From Andalucia godoyi And28 (lineage: Eukaryota > Protista > Jakobida): a stretch of DNA of 46,939 bases. The position numbers and the translations under genes are program-made. Below, piece by piece: positions 1 to 10,336 of the stretch (positions are counted from its first letter, which is position 1; every line of letters starts with the position of its first letter). The stretch spans positions 67,204 through 114,142 of the forward strand of contig VRVR01000059.1 of the NCBI GenBank assembly GCA_009859145.1, given 5' to 3'. The notes under the pieces were generated by a model. It was not told the DNA's origin. It saw only the letters and a list, made by a program, of their open reading frames with translations, and searched no databases.

Positions 1-901
1 GCTGGGAACATCGACTCAATCCTTTTTTCTGAGTGCCCGGGATTTCCGATTGGATTCCGTCCCCGAAGCATGGCATGCTCTCCAGCATGCGTCCTAGTCC
101 ACAGGGCGACATACAATTCATAGAACAGAAAGGCTATGAAGTTTCCTTTGGCTCCATTGTGTCAAATGGTTTCGGTGGTGTTCTGGAAGAACGAGATCCA
201 TTTCTGCGGAGCGTTTGTCCGACCGATGCTTGATTCTCTCCAAAACCAACAGACTGCTGAGTGGTGCTTCTATGATGGATTTCTCCAGCGTATGGAGCTG
301 TGGAGTTTGGGCATAGGCTGAGCAGCATCTGCCGAAAGAATGGCGATGCATTTGATGTATGCTCACTGACATACATTCGTACCGATGTGCTCCAACCACC
401 AACAGCAGAGGCTGATGTCCCGGTCTTTCGAGACGGTGGGAAAATGAGCAAAGCATCAAGGGAGAGTGCAATGGAGCAGCGTCTGCAGAGCATCAAACAG
501 TCGTTTGCGCACCAAGCACAAAGCTCGACGGGCCGGGGCCGAACCAATGCATTACCAGTTCATCTGTGAGGATGAAGAATTGATGACTATTCGTACGCAG
601 CGTGCATCTCCGGAGTGCAAATAGACAGGAACGCAGGAAACCTTGTGTGTTTGTCGTCTGCATTTTGTGGACTAAGGTGAAAATGCTGTTTATAATAAAT
701 GCTCTCTTGACGCTAGCATCAAGCCAATGCTTTTCCTTTAATTCCACGTCCTGGGGACCTTGTAGCACCTCTCAATTTTTTTCGCCCATTCGGTTAACTA
801 CAGCAGGAAAAGAAGAAAAACACAACACAATGAGCCAACGACAGGACGGGGGAGGAAGGGAGGGGGGGGGGGGGGCAAAGATGCATTTACTTCTGGTTTC
901 C

Positions 902-3544
902 TCATTGGTGTGAATCAGACAAGAGAGCACTGGGGCTTCCAAAGGACAGATATGCAAGGCCGTCGAGCTCCGCGTCTTGCTCAATGCGCAGCTTCTGCTG
1001 ACGGAAATTCGTGATCGCCTGCTGAACGGCTCCAACTAACTCCTTTGCTTGTGCACACAGCAAACGACGGGACGAATCTTCTCCCATAAACTTCAACCAT
1101 ACAACGTTCGGCTGCGCAGCGTCTGCGAAAACGCTTTCCACAGAGCAGAAGTGCACTTCCAGCTGAATCGTGGATTTGTCAATCAGCAAGATGGAGTCCA
1201 CAGTAATCTTCAAAATTCGTTCGTTTTTTCCAATCTCCCACACAAGTTGCGTCTCTGATCCAGAGCGATTTCGCGTGATACGTTCGCCAGAAGAAACAAC
1301 GACTGGTGTGTTCAATTCAACAGGACCAAGCGTCGACGAAAATGCAGCATCCGGCGGCGGAGATGGTCCCACAATCGACAGCTCCAGACCCCCCTTCTTT
1401 GCAGCTGTTTTCCTGTACAAAAAGGCCTGCGAGTACTGGAGTGATCCGCTGTGAAATGCAGCATCCATGATGTCATCGATCAGCTCTTTGCGTTCCGCAG
1501 CATTCTGCATGACGTAACGACGAACCGCAAGATCATCGTCAGTCGAATGGGTGCACGGGAAAAAACCTATTTCAGGCTCTGGCTCCGCCGCCAAATTAAA
1601 ATGAATGACAACGTCTCCATCATCATTCTCGTCTACGGACGCAATCTCCGAAAGAAGACGCTCGTTCTTGATACATTGAGTTTTGGGATCAATGTTGAGA
1701 ATCGAGATCGCCGTCAACTTGATCAACCGAACCTGGCGCTTGCCTTTCGAATTGACCTTCACAACGCGATAGGAGCGCGCAATGGAATGCTTCGACTCTT
1801 CTGGCAAGGCAATCTGGTCAAGATCAATGATGGATCGAAGTTCTCTCCAATCGTACACTTCAAAGATCTTCTTTCGCGAAGATTTTGCAGACGAAAAGTT
1901 CTTGACAAACCATGAAATTGCGCGCGAAAATGCAACAGGATGCACCAAGTAAACGGCTTGCAAATTCTTCTTGTGCTTCCGTGCGAACAAGCGTGAAAGG
2001 GGCAAGATTTGCCGGAACAGTTGTTTCGACAGCGGAATATTGTTCCAAGAGCAATCTACGATTACATTGAACGCCGAATTCACAGCGTCTCCCAGCACTC
2101 TGATAATGTACATGGCCAGCATATTGAGGTCGGAAACCAAAGACTCGTTGCACGTGGTCAACTTGCTCAAAATCATATAAAACACAGGAATTCCTGATTT
2201 CGTCTTCGGTCCTGAAAAAAAGAAGTTTGTCGCTTCCACCTTGGACAAATCGACGTCAAGCTTTCGAAGATGGGAATACGAAAACTCACGCAACTGATCC
2301 AGCGGGGTGATGTCCAATTCAGAGTCTGCGTCATTTTCCTGCGACTGATTCGCAAGCGACTGGCCGCTCCGTGCGGTTCCTGGCGGTGCTTTCGTCGTTG
2401 ATTGTCGGCGACCACTTGCAGAAGAGGATGTCGGAGAATTTGCTCCAGCGCTTGAAGAAGCTGCGTCCGGACCCCCAACGCCCATATCAGTCGCCTTGCG
2501 GTGCACAGGACCGAGCTGCTTTACAAGGTCCAGGAACTCTCGATCCGACGCAATTGCCGATGACCCAGTGCTGTCATCTCTGAGAGATTCTTGCTGCAAA
2601 AATGAGATCAGCCGATCGGCGTACTGGACAATGAGCGCGTGCACTGTGATCAAATCCTTGATGTCGTACTGTCGGAGATCCACGTCTTCCGCGGTTTCGA
2701 ATGTTGGCTCCATTGGCTTCGGCACGGCAGGAGCGGAAGCCGCAGGGTTGCTAACCATCTTGAGCAAGAAGGTCTGCACCAGCGGCTGCAATTCAGCAAG
2801 CAGCGGGTTCATACACTCCATGTACGGCTCTTTCTTGAAATCGACGCCGTTGGCAAGATTCTGGAGCATTTTTGAAATCAACACAAGATTTCTCCTGGCC
2901 CTCATGGATATATCGACCCCCGGCCCAATGAGATCAAAAGTCTCCGGAGAAACTATGGCTGGGTTCATCAGTCTCAGAAAGATGTAACCGCCTACAAGGG
3001 GGCTCGCATTCCACTTGTTCGCGAGTGCAAAATCAGAAATCCACCGTCCGATCAGTCTCATTTCATACGGCATTGCAGAGACAGACGTATCTGGATCACA
3101 CACATGCTTGACAAATGTCTGGACCGACTCTGCAAAGTGCTGTCGATTGACTTCCGAGTCTTCCCCTTCGGCAAGTCTTCGCGGATCCATTTCATACGAA
3201 TAGGGCTCGCCTGCAACCGAGCGAATCAGCGGAGACAGGACTGCCTGCATGTACGCTTGGCCAATCTTCCGAATATACGCTCCAATAAACTTCGTGCCGA
3301 GTGAATTGTTTCGAAACACTGTTGTTGGCTCATTCTTGCTCTGCTCGAACTCGTATTCGATCAACGAGTACACAATCGGCATGATCGAATGGCCATGCAT
3401 GCCAATTCGAACCAGCGCCCCGGAGAGCGCCTCCGCTTCCGCAGGCATCACAACTTCCGCAAGGGCTTTTGTGTATCGAGACTTTCGGCACAACGTCCAC
3501 ACAAGCGTCTTGTATCTCTCCGATGATCCGCTGATCCGCGTCAT
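902..3544 (-). CDS. Miniature neurofibromin-like RasGAP (RasGAP + CRAL-TRIO/Sec14 + PH-like modules), 880 aa
   Basis: Uninterrupted ORF. Arginine-finger segment TVFRNNSLGTK, GGYIFLRLMNPAIVSP and LISKMLQNLAN are RasGAP motifs. A Sec14-like region follows (GPKTKSGIPVFY...FNVIVDCS...KKNLQAVYLVHP...KIFEV), then PH-like beta-rich repeats. Confidence 0.9.
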   Translation of the reverse strand: MTRISGSSERYKTLVWTLCRKSRYTKALAEVVMPAEAEALSGALVRIGMHGHSIMPIVYSLIEYEFEQSKNEPTTVFRNNSLGTKFIGAYIRKIGQAYMQAVLSPLIRSVAGEPYSYEMDPRRLAEGEDSEVNRQHFAESVQTFVKHVCDPDTSVSAMPYEMRLIGRWISDFALANKWNASPLVGGYIFLRLMNPAIVSPETFDLIGPGVDISMRARRNLVLISKMLQNLANGVDFKKEPYMECMNPLLAELQPLVQTFLLKMVSNPAASAPAVPKPMEPTFETAEDVDLRQYDIKDLITVHALIVQYADRLISFLQQESLRDDSTGSSAIASDREFLDLVKQLGPVHRKATDMGVGGPDAASSSAGANSPTSSSASGRRQSTTKAPPGTARSGQSLANQSQENDADSELDITPLDQLREFSYSHLRKLDVDLSKVEATNFFFSGPKTKSGIPVFYMILSKLTTCNESLVSDLNMLAMYIIRVLGDAVNSAFNVIVDCSWNNIPLSKQLFRQILPLSRLFARKHKKNLQAVYLVHPVAFSRAISWFVKNFSSAKSSRKKIFEVYDWRELRSIIDLDQIALPEESKHSIARSYRVVKVNSKGKRQVRLIKLTAISILNIDPKTQCIKNERLLSEIASVDENDDGDVVIHFNLAAEPEPEIGFFPCTHSTDDDLAVRRYVMQNAAERKELIDDIMDAAFHSGSLQYSQAFLYRKTAAKKGGLELSIVGPSPPPDAAFSSTLGPVELNTPVVVSSGERITRNRSGSETQLVWEIGKNERILKITVDSILLIDKSTIQLEVHFCSVESVFADAAQPNVVWLKFMGEDSSRRLLCAQAKELVGAVQQAITNFRQQKLRIEQDAELDGLAYLSFGSPSALLSDSHQ

Positions 3545-4376
3545 CTTTTTCCGATTTTCTCCGCTTTTTCAATGATATGCAAATTACCTGATTAAAATTA
3601 ACCAAGACGTAAAATAATATGAAGGAAGGAAGGAAGGAAGAAATGAAACGAGATAAGAAATGAACAAATGGACCAGGCAACGAAGACGGTGGTTCAGCTG
3701 CCCTACTCGAGAAGGCACGGCGTATCAATCAGCACGGTCTCTCGTCCACACGTTCTTTTGAAAATATGTGTGTGTAATGTGTGTATCACGATGCGGTCTT
3801 GTGCAGATTGCAGAAAGAGGAAAAGGCTGCAAAGTCAAAACTGACGGCGATTGTTATTATTGTCCAGTCTTGGCAGGTGTTTTTGCACTGTGAACTCGGG
3901 GGCTTTGCAGCCTGGATGTTGGAACCTCCGTCGAACTCCTGCAAGAAGCATCAATTTGATGCAGGAGAACGAAGGAAGAACGGAGGAGGGGACCCTGCTG
4001 CTACAGCTGCTCTGGCGGCCATAGCTGCAGTTCCGCACACTGCGTCGTCTGGGCCTCTGGCAGTCCCTGAACTCGTGTGCTTTGTGCAGCAACGGCTGCT
4101 GAAACCCATAATGACACCGCACGACAGCAGCTGGTGCACCGCGCACGGACCTGCATCCGATCCGCCGCTTGTCCTGCAAACCCACACACCCCAACCCCCG
4201 ATGTGTCGTACGTTTTTCTGTGGTCTACCGGGCGTCACATGCAAAAATAAAACTGCACGTGGCATTTGTCGGCCTGGCAAAACATGACCATTCGAAAATA
4301 CGACCAATTCGCTCTGCAACTTTGTAGACGTTGGTGCATTTTTTTTCCGTCCCAGCAGTACGAGACTACGAGGTAT

Positions 4377-5131
4377 CTACTCGATCTTTATTCCTAGGCC
4401 GGCGGCAATGGTCTGCACCCTTTCCTGCGAGGCTCCGTGGTCCATCAGCAGTCTGATTCCCTCCACGTTCCGATCGCCAATCACCAGCTCGAGTGCGGCG
4501 TCGTCCACATCGGCCCCTTTCCTGATCAGCATGTCTGCAATTTCCAGTCTGTTCGTTGCCAACGCTCTGTGCAGCGGCCCAGACCCCGTACTGTCCCGCA
4601 TATTTATCCTTGCGTGTGCACCCAAGAGCATCTCAATGACTCGCATGTGGCCCTTTGACACCGCATACATCAACGCAGACCTGCATTCCACGCCCCACGC
4701 GCAAAAACCACAGCGTGTTAGTTAAATCAAAATCTTTTTTTTTTCAAAATTCAGCCATCAAGATGAAAAGAATGAAATGAACGAAATGAACGAAATGACG
4801 GCACGAGGAATTAAACATACCTCTTGTCTTCGGTGATGGAGTTTGCATCTGCACCGTGACGCAACAGCTCCTGGACAACATCTGCGTGTCCAGCAGATGC
4901 AGCGCTAATCAGCGGCGTCCATCCGCCTTCGTCCGTGCTCTCAGCCTGAGCCCCTCTTTGAAGAAGCGTCTCCACGCCGCTTAGATGCCCCGACGCAGCC
5001 GCCCAGTGCACTGCAGTCCGGCCGTCTGCGTCGCGAAAGTGCACATTCGCCATCTCGTGGCTCCGCAGAAACTCAAAGATGTCCTGCTTTGTTCTGCATG
5101 CCTCAAGCAGGCGTTCATCAACGGACGACAT
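4377..5131 (-). CDS. PSMD10: Ankyrin-repeat protein, gankyrin/26S proteasome assembly chaperone (PSMD10/Nas6)-like; 2 exons (5131-4821, 4680-4377), 204 aa
   Basis: Ankyrin repeats DGRTAVHWAAASGH, DEGGWTPLISAASAGH, RSALMYAVSKGH and TGSGPLHRA. Intron 4681-4820 (GTATGT...TAACTAAC...TGCAG) joins the two ORF-track fragments in frame (TEDKR|SALMY). Orthology to PSMD10 is inferred from size and repeat pattern. Confidence 0.75.
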
Positions 5132-5197
5132 GCTCGACTCGTGCTTCAGTGTACTACTCTTCTTTTTCTTCCCCTTTTTCTTCTACTACTACTAATG

Positions 5198-5244
5198 CTA
5201 CTGCGACTACTGCGACTACTGCGACTACTGCGACTACTGCGACT
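5198..5244. repeat. 9-bp tandem repeat (CTACTGCGA)x5
   Basis: Read directly; lies in the 190-bp spacer between the oxidoreductase stop and the ankyrin gene start. Confidence 0.95.
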
Positions 5245-5321
5245 TCTTCTTCGTTCAGACGAGGAAATGCTTGCGACTTTTGAGGGAAACTTGAATCTGT
5301 GGGGATTTGAGTCCGGTTGAG

Positions 5322-6775
5322 TCACTCTTTGAATCGGAACTGTCGTATCCACGAGTCGTCCAGCCAGTTCTTCAGTGTTCCGATTGCGGCGTTGTTCAAC
5401 TGCAACCGCGGGTGAGGCGCGTACACGGCCCGTCCATTTCCGCAGCAAATAAGCTGCATGAATCGGCGTTGCGGCACGTACGCTTCAAGACCATCTATGC
5501 TCGTGTGTTGTGGTGTGCGTGAGTGCGGGAAATGCGGGAATGAACACAATTATTGTTCTCTTTTGGAGGAAGGGAAAAAAACTCTTTCGAGAAGAAATAC
5601 ATACTGCCGTGGATGAAGTGCCAAATATTTCGAGCGATGTAGTGTCCTTGCTTGACGGCATACACGCCAGCTTTTGGGATCGGGCATCCTGTTCTGCCGA
5701 GCATGCTGATACAGTCGCCGCTGGCAAACACGTTTGGAAAGGATGGTGACTGCAGGAAGTCATTGACAAGAATCCACCCGTTGTCGTCCAGAGGCACACT
5801 GAGATTCTGCTGCACAGCGTGGGGACAGGGGCCAGTAGCGAGGCACAAGACATCAAACCGTAGCGCATACGCATCGCCAACGCCGTTGCATGCAGAGCGT
5901 ACGTGCACACGGGCATGGTTCGACTCCTCGGATATACCAATGAACCTCGCATGCTCCAGAACGGAAATTCCCAGAGTCTTGAATTCTCTTGCAATTGCAT
6001 ACGGTATGTTGTTTGCCGAACCAGGAAAAACGACGCGAACCGAAACATCGACGCCATCACTACTACTACCACTGCGAGCACCAGCATCAGCCGTGTGCAA
6101 CGAGGGGAGCCGCAGCATTTCGCGCACGCACTTTTGGAATCGTGCATTCAAAACGAGAGACATTTCCAAAGCTGCGTTTCCTCCACCGACAATGACGACA
6201 TTCAACTGCATTCGCTGCTGTTGTTGACGTTTCATGACGAACTGAGCAAGACGCTGCTCGAATTGCTCCAGGACTGAGTGGACAGCTCCTATTGGGCGAG
6301 TGGAAAACACAAGAGACGGACAAGATGAGTCTGAGTCGTCGAGGATCGCGCATCGACGAGATTCCACCAGACTGGAGAATGCTGTCGTGGATCCGATGTC
6401 AATCGAGACTATATCGTACGCGATTTCAGCGTGCACAGCACCCGCATCCACGCCCGGCGCCGGCACACCCAGAGAATCCACAACTGTACGATACTGTAGT
6501 GTGTTCTGAACAGGATTCAAAGACACGACTTCGCCTTGAATAAACTGGGCATTGCACGCTCTGCACACCGTGGAGACATCCACCCAGCCTTCTTCCGCAC
6601 TGCGCAGCCTTGCGACAATCGCAGGCACCATCCCGGAATACCATGCGCGATCAGACGGTGAAATCACGCATATCTCAACAGATCCCCACGTCGGCGATTT
6701 GGATCGTCGTTCATGGAGCATTCGTAATGCCTGCAAGTTCGAATGTCCGGCCCCAATAAGTACCACCCTTACCAT
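5322..6775 (-). CDS. FAD-dependent pyridine nucleotide-disulfide oxidoreductase, homologous to the N-terminal domain of fused selenide,water dikinases; 2 exons (6775-5605, 5494-5322), 447 aa
   Basis: Motifs VVLIGAGHSN, YSGMVP, YDIVSIDIGS, VIVGGGNAALE, NVFASGDC and PKAGVYAVKQG. Intron 5495-5604 (GTATGT...CATAG) adds the family-typical tail YVPQRRFMQLICCGNGRA...LKNWLDDSWIRQF. Confidence 0.85.
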
Positions 6776-7260
6776 GACCAAAAGAAAGCACACTACAGTC
6801 TATAATCTCCCGATGTATGCATGAAAAATCCAAAATACCGTTGGCAACGTGCCGGAGTCCGGAACTCGCAGGGCGCGGAAACTGTTTCACTGACGCTTGG
6901 TTTGCAAAAGCTATTGTTAAATTTTTAAAAACTCCCTTCAAAAGCCCAACGCAAGGGATTCGGTCTTCGGAAGCGCATGGTGCGTTCCCGACTGTAAAGT
7001 GCGGCCCCCATCTTCCTATCAGTGGAAAACCAAGGCTTGTAAGCAAGTACGATGTGCTTAGCCTGCGATACGCTCTGCTCCGGTGTGTTTTTCCTGGGTT
7101 TTTTCTTCAATTTTGTCTTCTCTTCTTTTGGCTTTTCACCTTTGAGAGTGTGTGTATTGGTTTTGCTTTTGCTTTTGATTTTGCTATCTCTTCCGTGTGT
7201 TGGGGGGAGTCGAGGTGCGGGAGTAGTACGAGAAGCTGAGAAGCTTGGGGTGGGAAAGGC

Positions 7261-8079
7261 ATGTTGTCGTCGTCGGCTGCGAAGTGGGAGGAGCTTGGCC
7301 GAGAAGCCCGCGCGTTGGAGCGAGATATTGACTCGAAACTTGTTGCGTACTCAAAACTTGGGTCGTCATCTCGGGCGTTTCCACTTGATGAAGAATCTGG
7401 AAGTCATGGGTCGTCTGCGGACACGGAGCCGCTGTTGGATGAACAGACACGAAAGACCAAATCAATTGAATCCGAGCTTGAGGATTTACTGGACAGACTA
7501 TCCACCGTGAACTCTTCAATGCAGTCTCTCGTTTCTGCATCTTCGAATTCCTCATCTTCTCAATCGTCAGGGAGCAGCAGTAGTTCTTCACAGTCGATAG
7601 GACCACAGTCTCCAGGGCTTCCGGTCGCGTCGTCTTCTGTCTATGGGCACACGCTGCAGCGCCACCGAGAAATTTTACACGAGTACACACAGGAGTTTCG
7701 AAAGTACCGAGCAACAATCACAGCATCCAGGGAACATGCAAAGTTGCTCTCGAGTGTTCGAAGAGACATGTCGAACCAGAAAGCAGGAAGCATGCGCCCA
7801 ATGGACTCGCTTTTGAGAGAACGCAACGCGGCGCATGATGCAGACAGGGTGCTCTCAGAGTCACTGTCAGCGGCTCAGGCTGTGCGATCAGACTTGTCGT
7901 CCCAAAGAGATGCGTTCGACAGAATTGGAGGCAGAGTGTCGGACATGCGATCCCGGTTCCCTACCGTCGACCAGCTTGTTGCCCGAATTTCCAAAAAGAA
8001 GAGGAGGGACATGATTATTTTGGGATCCGTCATTGCTGCTTGCCTCATCTTCACAATCGTGTATGTGATGAGAAGGTGA
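7261..8079 (+). CDS. GOS1: Golgi Qb-SNARE Gos1/GOS28, 272 aa
   Basis: N-terminus WEELGREARALERDIDSKLVAYSKL, HTLQRHREILHEYTQEF, a SNARE coiled coil, and a C-terminal tail anchor (RRDMIILGSVIAACLIFTIVYVM). Confidence 0.93.
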   Translation: MLSSSAAKWEELGREARALERDIDSKLVAYSKLGSSSRAFPLDEESGSHGSSADTEPLLDEQTRKTKSIESELEDLLDRLSTVNSSMQSLVSASSNSSSSQSSGSSSSSSQSIGPQSPGLPVASSSVYGHTLQRHREILHEYTQEFRKYRATITASREHAKLLSSVRRDMSNQKAGSMRPMDSLLRERNAAHDADRVLSESLSAAQAVRSDLSSQRDAFDRIGGRVSDMRSRFPTVDQLVARISKKKRRDMIILGSVIAACLIFTIVYVMRR

Positions 8080-8238
8080 TGCCGACAGCAGGCTGTAAGT
8101 GTGAGACTTAAAAGAAAAAAATAAATGACTAATACACTGCGCATACGGCACTGCACAAAAAAAGGAAGAGAAAAAAAAAACAGCCAAGGTGGCCGATATG
8201 TATACATACTATTGCCAACTTGCCAGTATTCTAGGCTT

Positions 8239-9924
8239 CTAGAGGAACAGCGGCGATACACTCGGCTGCCTGTACGCACTCATCATGCGCACGAGTTCAG
8301 CAAACAACTTTTCAACTGCGGGCGCACGGGAAGAACGGACAGCAGCGTGAATGGATATGCAGTCTCGGAAAGGTATCACGACTGCAATCCTGGCAGTCAA
8401 TGGATGCACGTGTCCAATGAACCGACAGAGTTTATTCTGATCGGCTCCAAAGTCCACGCGCTCGAGCCCACTGAATTTCCACGTGGAAACTAGTACGTCA
8501 GGGCCACCAAACCGAATGCTCAACGCCGAACAAGGCCCTGCCTTCGCCAGCCACTGGACAACGGACTCGGCCGCAGTTCTGGACAGTGCATCAATTCCGG
8601 AACGAACGGTCTGCGCAATGTTTGGAAAATCCGACTCCAAGTCCAACAAGGAGGATCCGCAAGACACGGGACACGTTGCGACGATCGGCAGCACTCCATT
8701 TCCAATAAAGGCATGCTGCGCACCGTCCAGGCGACGACGGAGATCACAGGCGACGAACAGTCTCGACATGTGCATCGACTTGACGTCGGCTGCATTCATC
8801 GAATACCATACAAGCGACACTAGCAGATCGTTTTCTGAAAGCCGGAATTCTTGATGCTGCTCCTCTGCCAACCGTTTCAAATGCTGATGCCAGTGAGTGA
8901 GAACGTGCGATGGGATCCGCAGATCCACTAATCGAACACCTGCAAATACGTTCCACATAAAGGAACCAATAAACTTGAAGACGCGCCATCTGGAATTCAA
9001 AAAGAGAAACCCATTCGGTGTTCTGCAATCAACCGCGCGAGAGACCTCGGGATTGGACAATCCCAGTCTCTGCACAGACGTGGGAACTTTTCCAGATTCA
9101 CAGGCACCCAAAGACGCTGTAACCCACATACGATCCATAGAAGGAGTCTCGAGCACGAAACTTCGAGGTAGCCCCATCAATTCACGACACTCATCCGACC
9201 AGTACTTCACAAAATACGAAAGCGAGAATCCGTCGACAATAATGTGAGCGGCGGACACCGCAACAATGCACTCTCCAGACGCGAACCGAGTTATCCGAAC
9301 CTTGAGCAATTGCTCCTGATGGGAATTTGCGGAAAACAGCAGTTCAGTACTTATCGTTGGCCAAAAGGGACAAGGAGACTTGAACGACGTCGTACTAATG
9401 AATATGGCTTCGATGTCCTCCACGGACGAAAGCCTCGCTGGGCAATGAAACTCCTCTAGCAAAACATCTCCGAGATCATCCTTTTCGATGCAAATCCTCA
9501 TATCATCTTCGGATCCCAGTACCAGCCGCCCTACAAACAACGGAAAATGCACAAGAGTCCTCTGAAGGCCCTCCTTCAATACCGCCAAAGATAGATCATT
9601 TCTAAAGACAAATCCAAACTGGACAACAAGATATCGCTGGAACATATCCAAAGGCGAAAGATGGATTAATTGAACCGGCGAATGGTTCGCAAAGTAGTCT
9701 TCTTTCAGCGAAACTCGGCTGGATCGGATCTGAGCTGAAGAGTTCCGCAGCAAATTTTCTAAATGCTGCGACGACGATCGGGACCGAGGAGGCTTCGTGT
9801 CGCGTCTGCTGCGACCAACCCAATGGAAAAGTAAGCCCCCCGCCACTATCGCTGCAGACCCGCAAACGAGGAAGGTGGGAAGCGTTTTTAGAAGGCGATC
9901 TAGTCCTTGAACAAGCATCCCCAT
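8239..9924 (-). CDS. BAHD/transferase-family CoA-dependent acyltransferase with an N-terminal hydrophobic anchor, 561 aa from first ATG
   Basis: Catalytic HxxxD (AAHIIVDGFS), LQRTLVHFPLFVGRL, LLKVRITRF, ACDLRRRL, FIGNG and a DFGWG-like DFGAD motif. The ORF-track start at 9939 is TTG; the first ATG is at 9924. Confidence 0.85.
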   Translation of the reverse strand: MGMLVQGLDRLLKTLPTFLVCGSAAIVAGGLLFHWVGRSRRDTKPPRSRSSSQHLENLLRNSSAQIRSSRVSLKEDYFANHSPVQLIHLSPLDMFQRYLVVQFGFVFRNDLSLAVLKEGLQRTLVHFPLFVGRLVLGSEDDMRICIEKDDLGDVLLEEFHCPARLSSVEDIEAIFISTTSFKSPCPFWPTISTELLFSANSHQEQLLKVRITRFASGECIVAVSAAHIIVDGFSLSYFVKYWSDECRELMGLPRSFVLETPSMDRMWVTASLGACESGKVPTSVQRLGLSNPEVSRAVDCRTPNGFLFLNSRWRVFKFIGSFMWNVFAGVRLVDLRIPSHVLTHWHQHLKRLAEEQHQEFRLSENDLLVSLVWYSMNAADVKSMHMSRLFVACDLRRRLDGAQHAFIGNGVLPIVATCPVSCGSSLLDLESDFPNIAQTVRSGIDALSRTAAESVVQWLAKAGPCSALSIRFGGPDVLVSTWKFSGLERVDFGADQNKLCRFIGHVHPLTARIAVVIPFRDCISIHAAVRSSRAPAVEKLFAELVRMMSAYRQPSVSPLFL

Positions 9925-10182
9925 CAATCCATCAACCAATCAATCAATGAATTGATGATTCACAGATAAGCTTGACTGCATACCAAGCAGACCTGAGAGC
10001 TGAGAAACACCAGCCAGGAGCATTGAACAGCCCGTCGCCCCAGTTTTTTGAACACGTCAACAATCAGCAGTGACTCAAAAACACGGACTCATGGGGGACG
10101 CAGTGTTACGACAGATTATGCAGCTTTTTTTTTAAAGCGAATTCCCTGCTGGACGCCTTATCTTTTTTTAACTGATTTTTAT

Positions 10183-10251
<69 letters not shown>
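10183..10251. repeat. (TTG)23 microsatellite
   Basis: Read directly; lies in the divergent spacer between the acyltransferase and PUS1. Confidence 0.97.
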
Positions 10252-10254
<3 letters not shown>

Positions 10255-10336
10255 TATTTTCTTTCTGGAGTTCTTGTTTGTTCTTGTTGGTTGACAACAG
10301 TCAGGAATAAGAGTCGTTCATTGATTCAGCGAAACC

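Noticed and set aside
1-620. Possible 3' end of a plus-strand gene (open frame 276-569, AATAAA at 694) or a minus-strand ORF 118-471
   Set aside because: No recognisable motif and no consistent splice model, and the window edge truncates the context. It may be real but cannot be supported as a feature.
5150-5324. Selenocysteine readthrough of the oxidoreductase TGA into a SelD domain
   Set aside because: The downstream frame encodes only repeat-derived VAVVAV and acidic residues and stops after about 56 codons. There is no SelD C/U-x-x-K motif.
6800-7260. Possible structured ncRNA (SRP, RNase P/MRP or snRNA) in the divergent spacer
   Set aside because: Only short hairpins (e.g. CCGGAGTCCGG) and a lone TGTAA are present. 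No SRP helix-8, RNase P/MRP conserved region or snRNA motif was found. An Infernal scan would be decisive.
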